Shown: positions 43,534 to 56,524, counted from the stretch's first letter. The stretch: DNA of 64,000 nucleotides from Oikopleura dioica (GCA_907165135.1 OU015567.1:1240001-1304000), one strand, 5' to 3'. Notes: generated from the letters alone by a model not told the origin. Translations and numbers: made by a program.

Positions 43534-43871
43534 TTAAACTCCACACTTTTCAAGACTCTACATTGAAGAGTCTACAATAAAACGGAAAACAGCTACAGTT
43601 CGGATCATATCGACAGCTCAAACTCGCAGTACTGACTAATCAAAAACTCGTACCTTGCGAACTTCAAGAATACCGCTCGATAGCAATCGCGGTTCTTGAT
43701 AACATCGATTTGATTGTGCGTCCAATGTACAGTCGATTTAATGAACCAGATCAAAAATGATCACGATAGTACGTCAAATGCTGTTCCGTTTATTGATTTA
43801 CGACTCACGAAAAGTATAAATAGCATTCCCAAGGCGAATTCGGAAAGAGATTCAGTTCAACTTTGAAAATA

Positions 43872-46800
43872 ATGTTTTTGTTTCTCTTGTTGTCGTTCTC
43901 TGCGGCGGAAGTAATTTGCGACTATGATGAGCCCTGTACAAGGCCATGCAGCGATTCTGTCTGCGAGTTCTTTTGGAACATCGAGCATCGACTGACGGGG
44001 ACTTGGAGGACGACGGACTACGGTTCGAAAAGGAATTATGCGAAAGGGGCGCTGCGAGATTTTCCGATTCGATGGAACAAGACGCGTAACAATTTCGACA
44101 TCGTCCAAGAAGGAATCAACAAAGGAGTCGAAGAAGTGATCGACGAAAACGGAAAAGTGAGGAATCCACTTGATGAGCTCGAAAACCTCCTACTCGTCGA
44201 CGGGCAGCAGATGCGCAAAATTATTACTATCAATGGCCAAATGCCCGGTCCAAATATCATCGTCAACAAAGGAGCGCTTGTGAAAATTCATGTCAAGAGC
44301 AGGGCTCTAAATAGACTAGTCCAGGCTCGGACGTAGTCCGAAGTCTGTCCGGTCTAGCCCGGCCGGACGGACCAGACTTCTGATTTTTGGCTGAGAAAAT
44401 TTTCGGACTAGACCAGACCAGACTTGCCTTTTTCGCCGGACTTAGTCCGAAAAAGTCCGAAAAGTCCGAAAAAGCTGGACCACTTTCAGACTTATGTTTT
44501 AGTCCGAAAAGTCCGAGAAGTCCGAGAAAGTCCGAGAAGACTTGACCACTTCCAGACTACTTACAGACTTATTTTCAGACCAATTAAGTCCGAAAAAGTC
44601 CGAAAAGTCTTCATTTTTCTAAGTGAAACCCTTAAGATAACATCATACACTTGATGCGGTGCCCTTGAAAAGGGTTTAAGCTTAATTTTCATCATAAAAA
44701 AATTGATCAGTTAAGGTGATCATAATGATATAAATGCTTGAAAAATATTTTCACTTTCACTTATCGTTGTGACACCCTTAAGAGGCCTGTGAGTTTGTTT
44801 TCCTTCTAGTGCCCTAGCAACTGTCGAGCTACGAAAGAATCAAAAAATATCTCAAAAAAAGGGGATCAACCCGATATCCGTTTTTGAACAAGTCATTATC
44901 AATTGACGGAAGGGTCCTTAAGGGTACGGGTATCGATTTTGAAAAGGGGTTTATATTGCCTGTAAGACATTTATTTTGTCTTTCATTGAATTCTAGGCAA
45001 AATTTGAGGCATTTTTGTAATAGATTGTAACCTGCGATCATTCGTCGTTTTCGAGATATGAGCGCTAGAAATTTGATCGAAAAAAATTTTTTGGCTTCAA
45101 TTTTTATCAATGAGACCTTTTTTGAAAGCTCAGAGCACGAGAAATATCATGGTGGTCTTGGATTTACTTGAAACATGATACTTTGGATTCTAGAGCCAAA
45201 AACGTGAATCTAACTTTCAAAAAATGCAAAAATCGCCGAGATCAAATTTTCAAAAATTATTTTCGATATAAAAGTTTATTCACTCGTAATAAGCTACTGA
45301 CAAAATTAAGATAAAGGTCCGAACTTTCATACAAAAATATAAAATATGCATGTTTACAGGCTACTTTACTCGGAATACGGCCAGTTTTCGGGCGAATTTC
45401 GACCGAGATCAAAACTTTGACGCGAAATTTTCTTAAAAAAACCTAAGAGGAAGAAAATTTCCTTCTGACAAAATTAAGATCTAGGATAGTTCTTTATCTG
45501 GAAATGATTAGAAACCTTCCACCATTTACAGGTTTTCAGGAATACGGCCTCAAACGTAGCCTGATCGATACCCGTAGCCTTAAGCGACAATATTTCGAAA
45601 TTTATTCGAATTTTTTATCGAAAATTTTTCGAATAATTTTCGGACTTTTTCGGACTAGACCGGACTAGACCGGATTTTTTGGCTTTTTTCTCGGACCAGA
45701 CTTTTTCGGACTTTTTCGGACTTTTCCCGGACTAGACCAGACTTAAAGTCCGAGTTTTCCAATTCGGACCAGACCAGACCAGACTTGTAAATTTCGGCCA
45801 AGTGCCCGGACCTGGACAGACCGGACTTTTGATTTTTGCCTCAGATTTAGAGCCCTGGTCAAGAGTACTATGCATGAAGAGTCATGTAAGTGTTTAAGTC
45901 GATCAAGAAATATTAAGGACCCCCCTCCACACTTTCGATTTTGTCGTTTTTTTTTTTATCAAGATACCCTTAAGTTTCTCTCCACTGGCACGGATTGCAC
46001 CAGGTCGACAACTACTGGAATGACGGTGCGGCCATGTTTTCTCAATGCCCTGTCCACGCGCACAATTCATTTACCTATGTGATGCGAGCAGAGAACTCGG
46101 GAACTCATTGGTACCACTCTCACTACGGAATTCAGCGCGCGGATGGGCTTCACGGCGCATTCATCATTTTAGACGAGGATGAAAAGGCCGAAGAAGTAAG
46201 CTGGATGCCTCTTGTTCTGACAGATTGGTGGAACACTGACTCGACTCATCTCGCTGCGAGCGACCCTTATAGATATGGAAACACCAATGGTAAGCGATTT
46301 ACTGGCGCTGGGACGAAACACTGCCGAACTGATGATAAACCGTTTATGACAGGAACAGGGTTCTATATCGAGTTTCTAGGGATAGTAAAGACTCAATAAT
46401 AGTTTGATACTAAAAAAAATAGATTTTTATTTTGAGAATCTTGTTAAAGGCGTTAAGATGAGTTCTCTTTGCGTTGACTCAATCGTCGCTAACGGACGAG
46501 GACAATTTCGAGTCGTCGATTCTGATGATCAGTTCAACAAGAACAAATTTCAATTCAGCGTGCTTGAAGAACACCGTGTTTCGAAAACAACAAAGAAAAT
46601 TCAACTAAAAACAATTCACGCTGGCTTTGAGCAGCCTATTTTCATCCGAGCCAGAGGTGCCCGAAGATTGATTTTAACTGCTCTTGATGGTCGAAGAGTC
46701 CTTCCTGAAGAGGGCGACGGGATTTTCATGGGAGTGGGAGAGACTGTCAACATCGAAGTGGAATTTCCGCTTGAAGAAGATCGACTTGAGCTGATCGCTG

Positions 46801-47998
46801 AAATCATGTTTGAGGGAATCGGCAAAAGCTCTACACCAACAAAACAGCCATTTGTCAAGATCAGCATCCTTCGAGATGGTCTCGTCAAGGAATTCCAAGT
46901 TGAGAAGCAATTAGTCCCAAGCTACCCAGATGCCGTCGATATCACAGAGAGCGATGTCGACTCTGAGAACGAGACGGTTGAGAAGCTTTTCCTGAACTGC
47001 CCATCCGAAAAAATCGGCGACATAAAATGCAAAACAGTGGTCGACTTCAGACGCGATCTCAAGTTTGAGTCTCGCTTTGCTCATCCGCCTCCATCCATTT
47101 CTGAACAGCCTGACCGCGTCATCGAGCTCAACATGAATTTCGCAATCGGCGCGGCTATAAATGGAATCGAGTTCAAGTATCCAGAGACGCCGTTTTTCGA
47201 TGGAGTTATCGACTCAAAATTGACCAAATGCTCTGAACAAGCCCTGACGTCTGATGGAGGGCACTGTACGAATATTCTTGAAGTTAAGAAAGGAGAGCTG
47301 ATCGAATTTAGGTGAGCATTATTTTGCTCGGTTTTTGGCTTAATCTCATATTTATCTCAAGAGTAACTGCAGCTGAACATCCAGAAAACAAAATCAAGCG
47401 ATGGCAAAGGACCTATCACGCGATCCATCTCCACGGATACGAGTTTATCGTCACCGACATTGGCTTCGGAAGCACCAACAAAACAACTGGCTTTATTGAT
47501 GACCTTCATCCAGCCATCCATTGCAAGGACGATCATTTAAAATGCAATCGGGCGCATTTTGACGAAAAGCTTTTCAAGAAGCTGAGATCCACTCGCGATG
47601 ACCATATTGCTAAGAACACAGTGGTGGTTCCATCGATGGGATATGTGGTTTTTCGGTAAGAAGTCGTTAGATTTTACTAATTACTGTTTATTAAATAAAT
47701 AAAAATCATCAAAACTAATTTTTTAAGTCTGCGAGCTGACAATCCTGGAGTCTGGCCATTTCACTGCCACCAGCTTTTCCACAACTACGAAGGAATGGCG
47801 GTCGCATTTTTTGTCAAAGACGAAGAAGAAAACAAACCTTTTTCCTATCTGCCGAAGAACATGCCTCGCTGCCACGATTACCACCCAAAAGACATTGCAA
47901 TCAAGGAAGTGTCAATCAACCAAATGACCTCCTCCGGAATTTCAGCGATATTTTCAATATTTCTTCTTCTGATTATTTTTGCTTTTCAAAACGAATAA
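43872..47998 (+). CDS. Multicopper oxidase (laccase-type) with signal peptide and hydrophobic C-terminal GPI-like signal; exon 1 interrupted by a hAT element
   Basis: All four Cu-binding motifs present: SLHWHG, HWYHSH, HAIHLHG, WPFHCHQLFHNYEGM; ITINGQMPGPNI; ADNPG. Confidence 0.92.
44300..45857. mobile_element. Non-autonomous hAT element (1558 bp) with AGTCCG/GACCA arrays, inserted in a coding exon
   Basis: TIR CAGGGCTCTAAAT / ATTTAGAGCCCTG; perfect 8-bp TSD GTCAAGAG at 44292-99 and 45858-65. Confidence 0.93.
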
Positions 47999-48570
47999 AC
48001 AATAAAAACAAAGCTTTGTTCCGAAAACTTTTTTTATTCTAAAATTTTAGAATGACTGAAATTTTTTTCGAAAAATTGGGTCAGAATTAGTTTTCAATTC
48101 AACCTTTTTTAAATCTATAGACTATAGTAGTACCATTATGTCCGAACTGGGTCAAGTCTTGACGTCAAGACTTTTCCAATAGTATTTCTTATACATCTGC
48201 AGCATAGGGAAACATGCAGCCATCATTTTCGTTAAATGCGAACAAATGAGATATTTTCAAACTGTCGATATGGGCCGAGCTTGCTTTTTTCTATCTTATT
48301 ATTGATAAGACGTATGTGACATACAGTATGTCAAATAGCTCAAACAGAAGAGCAAATATAAATAATGTTTTAAAATGGAAAAATTTGAGAAAAAGGAAGA
48401 GCATGACAGCTTGCCGGATGTTGAGAAGATTCGATGCTCCAGAATCTTTGCTGCGCGTTTTATCTAGAAGATTCGACAGAAATTCATTCCAGTTGTGTAC
48501 TATCATCGAGAAAGTTCAGTTCATTTTTTGAATGAATAAACATCTGGGTTTGAGGTCTTCTGGTAGTTAA

Positions 48571-49257
48571 GGGATCACCCCCCGATTTTTCAAAACTTTG
48601 GCACCGGCCATTATTGCCTATGATAAGATTCCTCGTGTTCTGAGAATCATTTTGATCTATGATAGTACCCCTTTACATAAATGCATCCCCGAAATTTTGG
48701 CTCCCAAAGTTCGGGAAAATGCATGTAAATTGTTCTTAGCGTGAAAATCGCAATTTTTTTCGATTTTTCATTGTCATCGAAATAGGACAAATAAGGGGTC
48801 TATTGAAAGCTTAGAATGTGTAGATTACGAAAATAATAACCTCACTTGAATTTTCGGCCAATTGTTGGCGCTAGAGAGCATTTAAACACCCAAAAAACGG
48901 CAAAAATGGTATCAAAAAGTTTTACAACAAGAATTTTTTTATTAACTTATCCGATCATGCTGATTCTACCAAAAAATAAAGATGAGCGCCTATACTTTTA
49001 GATAAATTAAAAAGATTTTGAATCCTAAAGCCCAAAAAAAAGTAGATACGATTTGAAAATGGCCTAAAATGGCCATTTTTCAAAATGTTAATCACTTTGA
49101 CGGCCTGTAATGCATAAGCAAATGTTTTGCTGGCAAGCTGATTCTACCAGAATTTGCTCCTTTCAAAGCGGGCATTCTAATGCGCCCAAAACCAGCTTCC
49201 TACGTAAGCTCAAAAAAAAGTAGATAGAGGTCAAAGTTGGCGAAATCGGGGGATCCC
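48571..49257. mobile_element. Kolobok-like non-autonomous element
   Basis: TTAA|GGGATCACCCCCCGATTT ... AAATCGGGGGATCCC|TTAA. Confidence 0.75.
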
Positions 49258-49951
49258 TTAAATACGGTGGCGGAAATAAATGGTTGCGGTTTTCATTGTA
49301 TAAAGGCAGTCTTTTGTAAGCTTAGCTTACTTCTCAAAGGTCATGTCGACTTGACATAAACTAAGGGTAGTAAAACTGCCAAAAGTTCAGTCTTTAAAAA
49401 ATATTTTTTTTTAATCTGGAGTTTTCTTCTTATTATAGTTATCAAGAAAGCGTTTTTGCCAAAATTTTAATCTGGAAAAATTAAATTTATTCACAGAAAA
49501 TGCTCTTTGCTGTCTTTTTGATAAAAAAAATGATAACGTTCCTTTCTTTTACCTTGATAAAAATCAATTTTGAGTAACAACGAGTATAAATAAGAAAAAT
49601 CTTCCTATTCAATATGAATCATATTATATGATGAATAGGGTAACCCTCATTCTCCCAGAACCGTCATCTGCCCAGACCCTCATTCTCCCAGGACCTTCAT
49701 CTGAATATTGTAGATTGACAAAATCATATTACAATTGTATCCAAAAATGCCAAGAAAAATATTTATTCTTATCACGGAAGGTAAACAGTAGTCATTCCGG
49801 CGCAGAGAGATCTAGGTCGGGTATATTTACGTTTCTGGAAAATTCTACGAGGCGCTCTACCGCTCCATCGGCGCGAATAAAAGCGACGCGCCAATTGGGC
49901 ATTTCAAGAGAAGTAAAAAACTCTAAAGCGACTTTTTCAAGGAGAAAAAAG

Positions 49952-50723
49952 ATGGTTGCTGAATTCGTCTACTTTGATATCCACGGCCTTGGTGTCATGC
50001 CACGACTTGTGATGGCAGCTGGCGGTGTCGAGTTTACTGATACTCGTGTTACCTTCCCTCAGTGGCCTGAGCTCAAGAAAAGTAAGTTTTTAATAAATTT
50101 TTTTTTCTTTACAACCATTCTAGCGATGCCACTTGGTCAAGTTCCGATCCTAAAAACCGACGGTCTGACCATCAACCAATCCAATGCCATCATCAACTGG
50201 GCCGTTCGAGCCGGCGATCTACCAAAGCTCTCTTGTGAGGAGTCTTCCAAATCTGACATGGTCGCCGAAACCTGCCGAGAAGTCTTTGATGGAGTCCGCA
50301 TTCCAGCTTTTGCCGCCATGCGAGCTATTGATGAGAGCAAAAAGGTAAGAGAAACCGTTCGCTCATCATTTCAATCTTTGAAATCAAGGAAGAACGATCT
50401 GCCGCTTTCCGAGACACCGCGAAAGCTAAGCTTCTCGAGCAGCTCCCTAAACTCGAAACCATTCTCAAACATGTCGGAGCTGGTGAAACTGGAATTGCCG
50501 CTGGAAAAATCACTCTTGGAGACCTCTACCTCCGTAAGATCAAGTTTTTGACACGGCATCTTGATTTTTCCGTTCAGTGAACATCGGGCTTCTCTCCTAC
50601 GATTTGGGAACTTGCGACTCTGTCCCAAAATCTGTGATGGCGATTGCCGAGACTCTTCGAAAGAACGACCGAATCGCTGCCTTTTTTGAAAAAGAAAAGG
50701 AGACCAAATTCTTTCCCTTCTAA
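49952..50723 (+). CDS. Glutathione S-transferase, sigma-like
   Basis: EFVYFDIHGLG..PRLVMAAGGVEFTDTRV...WPELK, MPLGQVPIL..DG..INQSNAI, GKITLGDL; 3 short GT-AG introns. Confidence 0.9.
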
Positions 50724-50844
50724 ATTCCAATTCGAATCCAAATAAACTCTTTTCTGACAAAACTCTTGGTCGATTTTTTTCTTATATTTGTTTCTATCAA
50801 AATTGGATACTTAGTATTACCAAGTTGGTAATGTGTCTATTTAA

Positions 50845-51191
50845 GGACCCCCCCCCCCGTCAACACTTTTCGAAAAATCTATTTTCGGTTTTTCAATATT
50901 TTGACCCCGGAAATGGATTCTATGGGTCAAAATACGATTTCGAGGCTTCATTTTTTGGGGGTTCTATCTCGACTCTAAGACCCTCAAAATCGCGATTGAA
51001 AATCGGACTTTTCACCGAAAAATGACGAAAATGACCTTATTTTGCTTAAATTTTTGATTTTCATTGGTCAAAAAGGGCTCCGAACAAGTTTTTATTAGGT
51101 ATAAAACTTCCAGGCAGAATAAGAAACCAAAATATGGCTATTTTGAAATTTTCGACTTCTTTAGGAAAATTGTTTACGGGGGGGGGGGTCC
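50845..51191. mobile_element. Kolobok-like MITE, GGACCCCCCCGTCAACA family, copy A
   Basis: TTAA|GGACCCCCCCCCCCGTCAACA ... TGTTTACGGGGGGGGGGGTCC|TCAA. Confidence 0.75.
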
Positions 51192-51447
51192 TCAAATTTT
51201 TTCCATTAACCAACTCTTCAAAGTGATGAGCAAACCGTTATTTCAATGGTGGGAGCGAAAAATTGATAAGAAACTCTCGTATTCGGTCTCAGTGATACTC
51301 ATCCGGACTCCGGAGTAAGACTCATTCAGCCGAGAATCAGACCTTTCAAATTAAACTTCAGAGAGCTGTTTTTTATTTTTTTTTTATTTTACTTAATATA
51401 TAAATTGAATTTTCGTAAAAATGGATTCTTTAGAGGTTTGAATAAAA

Positions 51448-53338
51448 ATGATAGAGGAGTTTCGTCGGTCCACTATCCAGAAAATCCGAGATCATCCTAA
51501 TTCTCAGATTTTGTTCGAACTTATTTTTAAACGATTGAAATTCGAAGATCTCGCTCTAATTGCGCCAATCGTTTTGGAGAAAGTTGAGGATGGATACGGC
51601 AGTTTCGATTCTCTCTTCAGCCCCGAATTCTCGAGTTACGCTCTCAATCGTCATTACAAAAGTGATGCTATTCTGGCGCTTGTTGGGGAAGAATTTCAAA
51701 GAGAAAATAATAGAAAACCTGAAACACTGTCAGAAGTCGCCCAGATCATTCAAAAAAGAATCGATTTGAGAAACAACAGGAGAAATTTGAAGATAAAGAC
51801 AACAATCGACTTCAGCACGGATAAATCGCGCGTCGAATTTTCCCGATCATATGTAAGTAGCACTAATTTAAGAAATTAAGTAGAATTAAGGACCCCCCCC
51901 GTCAACAATTTTCCTCAAAAAATTGAAAATTTCAAAACAGCCATATCTTGGCTTCTGAGTGTCCCTGGAAATTTCATCCATCATAAAAACTTATTATGAG
52001 CACTTTTTGACCAGTAAACATCTATAATATTGGCAAAATTGGGACGTTTTTGTCATTTTTCGTCAAAAAGTCCAATTTTCAAACGCGATTTTGAGGGTGT
52101 TAGAGTCGAGATAAACCCCCCAAAAAATGAAACCATTTCCGGGGTTAAAATTTTGAAATTCCGAAAATAGATTTTTCGAAAATTGTTGACGGGGGTCCTT
52201 AATCATATTTAGCTTATCAAAATCAACGAATCGAAGCCGAGGCACTCTCCGCTGACGAAAGATGATGTCCTTCTTTTCAAAATAAACCGGGAAAATTCCA
52301 ATCCGAAGCTTCAACTTGTCGATCCGTCGTTTTTGACTCAATATGATTACAAAGACTTATCGTTATTGGTCTCAAAGGGGCTTAATTTAGAAAATCTTAA
52401 AGGTACAGTAGTATCAAAATAATTCTTATTTACTGTTTATAGGAATTAAAAGCTATGAAAATGACAAATGCATATTGCTGGTCTCCCAGTTGCATGACTT
52501 TGCACATTCACTCGACTACAATATTTCTCGACAACGAGCTTGGCGAAATCTCATTGATAATCCCAAAAGAAACATTCACCCCGTTCTTATAGAGAATCGA
52601 CATTTGGAGAACAAAGAAAAGTATGAAATGCCTATGACAATTGAGTTTTTCAATTTTGCTGACGGCAACAACAAGTTGATCTGGGCATATGATTTTGTCC
52701 TCAGACTTCCATATTACGATTACGACTTTGCAGAAATAAGATTTATCGATGATGGCTTGTGGCTTTTATTGATAGAATTATTCTATCAGGAGGAGATCGA
52801 AAAGATACTCTTCATCAATCTTGAGAAAGATGAAGTTAAGTCCTACAGATTACCGCAGGAATTCTCTGTAGAGTCAGCATTCTACGGTTATAACGAATCC
52901 TCTCTTTACTTTCTTAGAGAAGCAGACATCCAATACCAATATCATTCGAACTGTGATCCAAACGACAGAGATAAATTTCTTATCTTTGGATATTTTAAAA
53001 ATGAAGATTCTGACGATTCCGGAGGATATCTTGATTGTCTGGAGTATATTTGTTTCTTCGAACGAGGGAAATTGACGAAAGAATCAGTCCTCAAAATCGG
53101 AACCAAGGGATTTATGCATCTTGTCTTAAATAAAAGGGAAACCAAATCGAAGGTCTTCACGATTACGATAGACGAGATCAAGAAACTTCTTCTCGGGGCT
53201 GATGAAATCACACGTGCACTCGGCTTTCCTGGTATTTATGATCCTGATGATCCTGATCACTTGGAAATACCAACATTACCACTTATCAGACTTGGTAACT
53301 CGATTTTTCCCATCTTAAAATTGAACGATTTCAGATGA
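51448..53338 (+). CDS. Orphan protein of about 496 aa (3 exons) with a weak F-box-like N-terminus
   Basis: Exons 51448-51852, 52213-52402 and 52443-53338 join in frame through GT-AG introns; FELIFKRLKFEDLALI resembles an F-box helix. Confidence 0.7.
51890..52198. mobile_element. Kolobok-like MITE, same family, copy B, inverted relative to copy A, in intron 1 of the orphan gene
   Basis: TTAA|GGACCCCCCCCGTCAACA ... TGTTGACGGGGGTCC|TTAA; internal sequence is the reverse complement of copy A. Confidence 0.8.
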
Positions 53339-54408
53339 GTTATGCATCAAAAAATTCGAAGATTTATCCGAAAATTTAGATCAAGAGCAATCTGACTGTA
53401 GTGGTTTTACAGAATTGCTCTAATTACGATCACGCCGCGGGGCAAAGCAAAGCTTGCCACGCGAGCACGGCGCGTAAGTGAAAATGATGGCGCACTAGCG
53501 CTGGCGAAATAATCGACTCTAAAACGCGCGCCCTTCCTGAAAAACCAAATAATCCGTTTTAAAACGCCGCTCTTCAAATTATTCTCACGTCCTGATGCTC
53601 GAAATCCGATAAATCCGCTAAAATGGAATTATTCCTTTTCCAGTGACAAAATCCGTTGGTAACGAATTATTACGTTCAATGTTCAATTTATCCGATGGAA
53701 ACGATACGATCGAATAACAGCCGATTAATCTACTGGGAACCCGAAAATTTGAAAAACTATAAAAACCGCTCACCATCTCTCTCACAGTCATTCTCACTTT
53801 TGCTCGCTCAGAGAATAGATCAAATAAAAAGCTCAAAAACCTTACTCTTTTTATACACAGCCAACTTTGCTCAGTTGTCTGTATATTTCTCTTGTGTTCA
53901 CTTATTTGCATAGGTTGCAAAACCATTACATGACATCGGATTCATTGATGGCAACAAGCTTCATTTACTCGTCTAAATCGTTGAGTTATTATTACAGCAG
54001 ACATTCATATGTTAATAAAAGAAATAATTTTTTTTTCCGTCAAAACTCACGTTATAAAATAGAAACAAAAGATAGTGGTGATATATTTATTACAAATATT
54101 TATACGGCACAGAGCGTGAAAAACTCACGAGAGTCATCTTCAAATGTTCAAATCATCCGATACTCTTTGTTGTCTTCACTTTTCGTTTTTGGTAAACTTG
54201 GCTGCATTTTTGGCAATAAGGTGATTGAGAGTCTCAAAGCGCGGGCGAAAATTTACATGGAGAGGTTTAAGGGTGTGGTTGTGTATTATTTTGTGCGAGA
54301 AAAAAAGGGTTGTTTTATACAAGTTTGCATGTGAATTTTGTTGTGTAAACTGAACTAGAAAAAATGAAGTTTTTTTCTATGTTGTAAAAATTTTAGTGTC
54401 GGGGTCTC

Positions 54409-56524
54409 TTAATGCGCTGGCTTGGGCATGTTTCCGCCATTTTTGTAGAGCTGCTTGAAGGACTCGTAGTTCGCAGCGAATTCGCCTTCCTTCTGGTACT
54501 CGTTGAACTTACCATTGTGGAGGTTCTTCATTGGGCAAGGGTCAGGTTTTGGCATCGAGAACTAGGATTTTGTAAGTGATCTGCTTTTTGGTTAGAACTT
54601 ACGTCGATCTTGGGGTTTCTGAGGGCTTCTTTGAAGGTTTCACAGTTGTTGGAAATAACTTGGGCATCGGTGCCTTCCTGGTTTTCCCAGTATTTGATGC
54701 AGTTGGAGCACTTCTTTGATTTGGAGAAGACGCACCTAAGAGGAGATAATCAACAGTTTCCTCCTTGTTTTTTCTTACCATTTGCAAGTATCCTCATGAT
54801 GGTGCCATTCGATGGCCATTCCGTGTTTTTTCAAATAATTGTTGATTCTGAACGGCTCCATAGAAGTTCTGCACGAGCACATGGCATTGACAAGCTCGTC
54901 TGAATAGAGAATGTTTAAGTTTTGTAAATAGCTTTCTTTTTTGTCAAACAAGATAACTCTCCGATAAGCTCACGAGAAATCCGCTTGCTGGAAACGAGAA
55001 GCAAAGCGGGTTACGCTGCGATAAGGGCAAATACTGTTTCGTTACCTTGAGTGAGATTATCGGCGATGGCGGCGTAGAATTGGTGCTTGTGCTTGATGAC
55101 GGGGGAGTTGTCTGGGCGACCGTTGTTGTTCTTTGACCGGATGGAGAAGACGGCCTCGACTTTTTGCTCTGGCTCTTCTTTGAGAACTCGAGGAATTTCA
55201 GCAGCTTCTTCTTCTTCCTCCTCCTCTTCATATTCTCGGCCGAAGAACTGCTGGTCGAATCCAATATCACCAAGCATTACTGAAATCATTTTTTTAACTT
55301 TGATTCATTGAAAAATTCTTGATTCAAAATTTATATTATCTGAAACAAAAACAAGCCACTTACCATTTCCCTCTTCTTCTTCCTCCTCCTCTTCTTCTTC
55401 TTCATATTCTGGTTCCTCCTCTTCCTCTTCCTCTTCCTCTTCTGCTTCCTCAGGTCGGGTTTCGAAGCTCGGTCTGTATTTGATCTTCTCCAGGGCCGCG
55501 GAAAGATCAACCTTATCCTCAGCTCGGCCATTTTCCTTGATGGAGTCGTGGAGCATCTGGAGTTTTTCTTCTGGATCTTCTTCGACGGCGTCCATTTGCA
55601 TGGCACCCTCGGCTTCGATTTCGGCAAGAGCTTCAACCATATTCTCAGCATTGGTCTCAATGTCCTTCAAAAGCTCGGCGACTTCCTCGTTGTTCAGGTT
55701 CTCGAAGAAGCCGTATTGCTCGAGGCAGTTCTGGATCATCTCCCGTTTGCATGGCCAGAACTCTTTGCCTTGTCCGGCGCATTCAAGAGCATCCTTTTCT
55801 CGCTCAAGACAGTCGCCAAATCGGGCGGGAATTTCGCCATCTTCGATCATTTGGTTGATGCTTTTCATCAATGGAGGAGGATTGGCTTGTTTTCTGAGAA
55901 TTCGTTCGGAAATTCGCTCGATTTTTCGCTGATGCTTTTTGTCGGCGTGATGTTGTCGTTTGTCGGGAGCAAAGTCTGAAGAAAAAAATGGTGAAATCAA
56001 GGAAGAGAATTTTTTCTGGGCACAAATATTCCGACTTCGAATAAAAGTAGATTATGCAATGTTTATTTTGAAAATAATCAATTTCTATCAAAAATGATGC
56101 TTGCTACTTTGTAAAACAAAATCTTTATTTTGTTTACAAATAAATTTTCGGCAAATTTTATCTTTTTTTTAAGAAAAATGTATAATTTCGAATATTTTCT
56201 TGAAAGATTTCAATGAAAATTTTCTTTTATTTTTGATAGAAAAAAAATTGTAGAAACATGTTCTTGGTCCTTATCTCTCTCAATATTTATAATCCGTGAC
56301 CGCACTGAAAAAAATGTGCCCTTATCTCAAACAAAGATAAAATAAAGGCTTGGATTTTCAACTTACGGGATCTGAGAAGGTCCTTTCTTGGGAGACATTC
56401 TTTTCGGCACTGGATGACGCACTCGGCTGGACTGTCGTTGTCATCAGTCGCGGACTCTCCTCGGCAGTCTCGGGCGTTTTTGCAGTCGCGCATGCAATTT
56501 CGCTCGTCCTCGTTGGCGGCGAAC
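54409..56524 (-). CDS. Orphan acidic, Cys-patterned protein with poly-Glu tracts; first exon not resolved
   Basis: Exons encode CMRDCKNARDC...ECVIQCRKEC, DCLERE..ALEC...WPCK..IQNC, poly-E, MCSC...CKWCVFSKSKKCSNC...NC...PCP; stop at 54409-11. Confidence 0.7.

Noticed and set aside
49628-49951. Apparent N-terminal extension of GST in the 307-aa ORF
   Set aside because: GST homology starts at 49952, just after an AG acceptor; the long ORF reads through introns and promoter DNA that includes a short tandem duplication.
55480-55979. Plus-strand ORFs of 143 and 150 aa
   Set aside because: They are antisense shadows of the acidic minus-strand exon.
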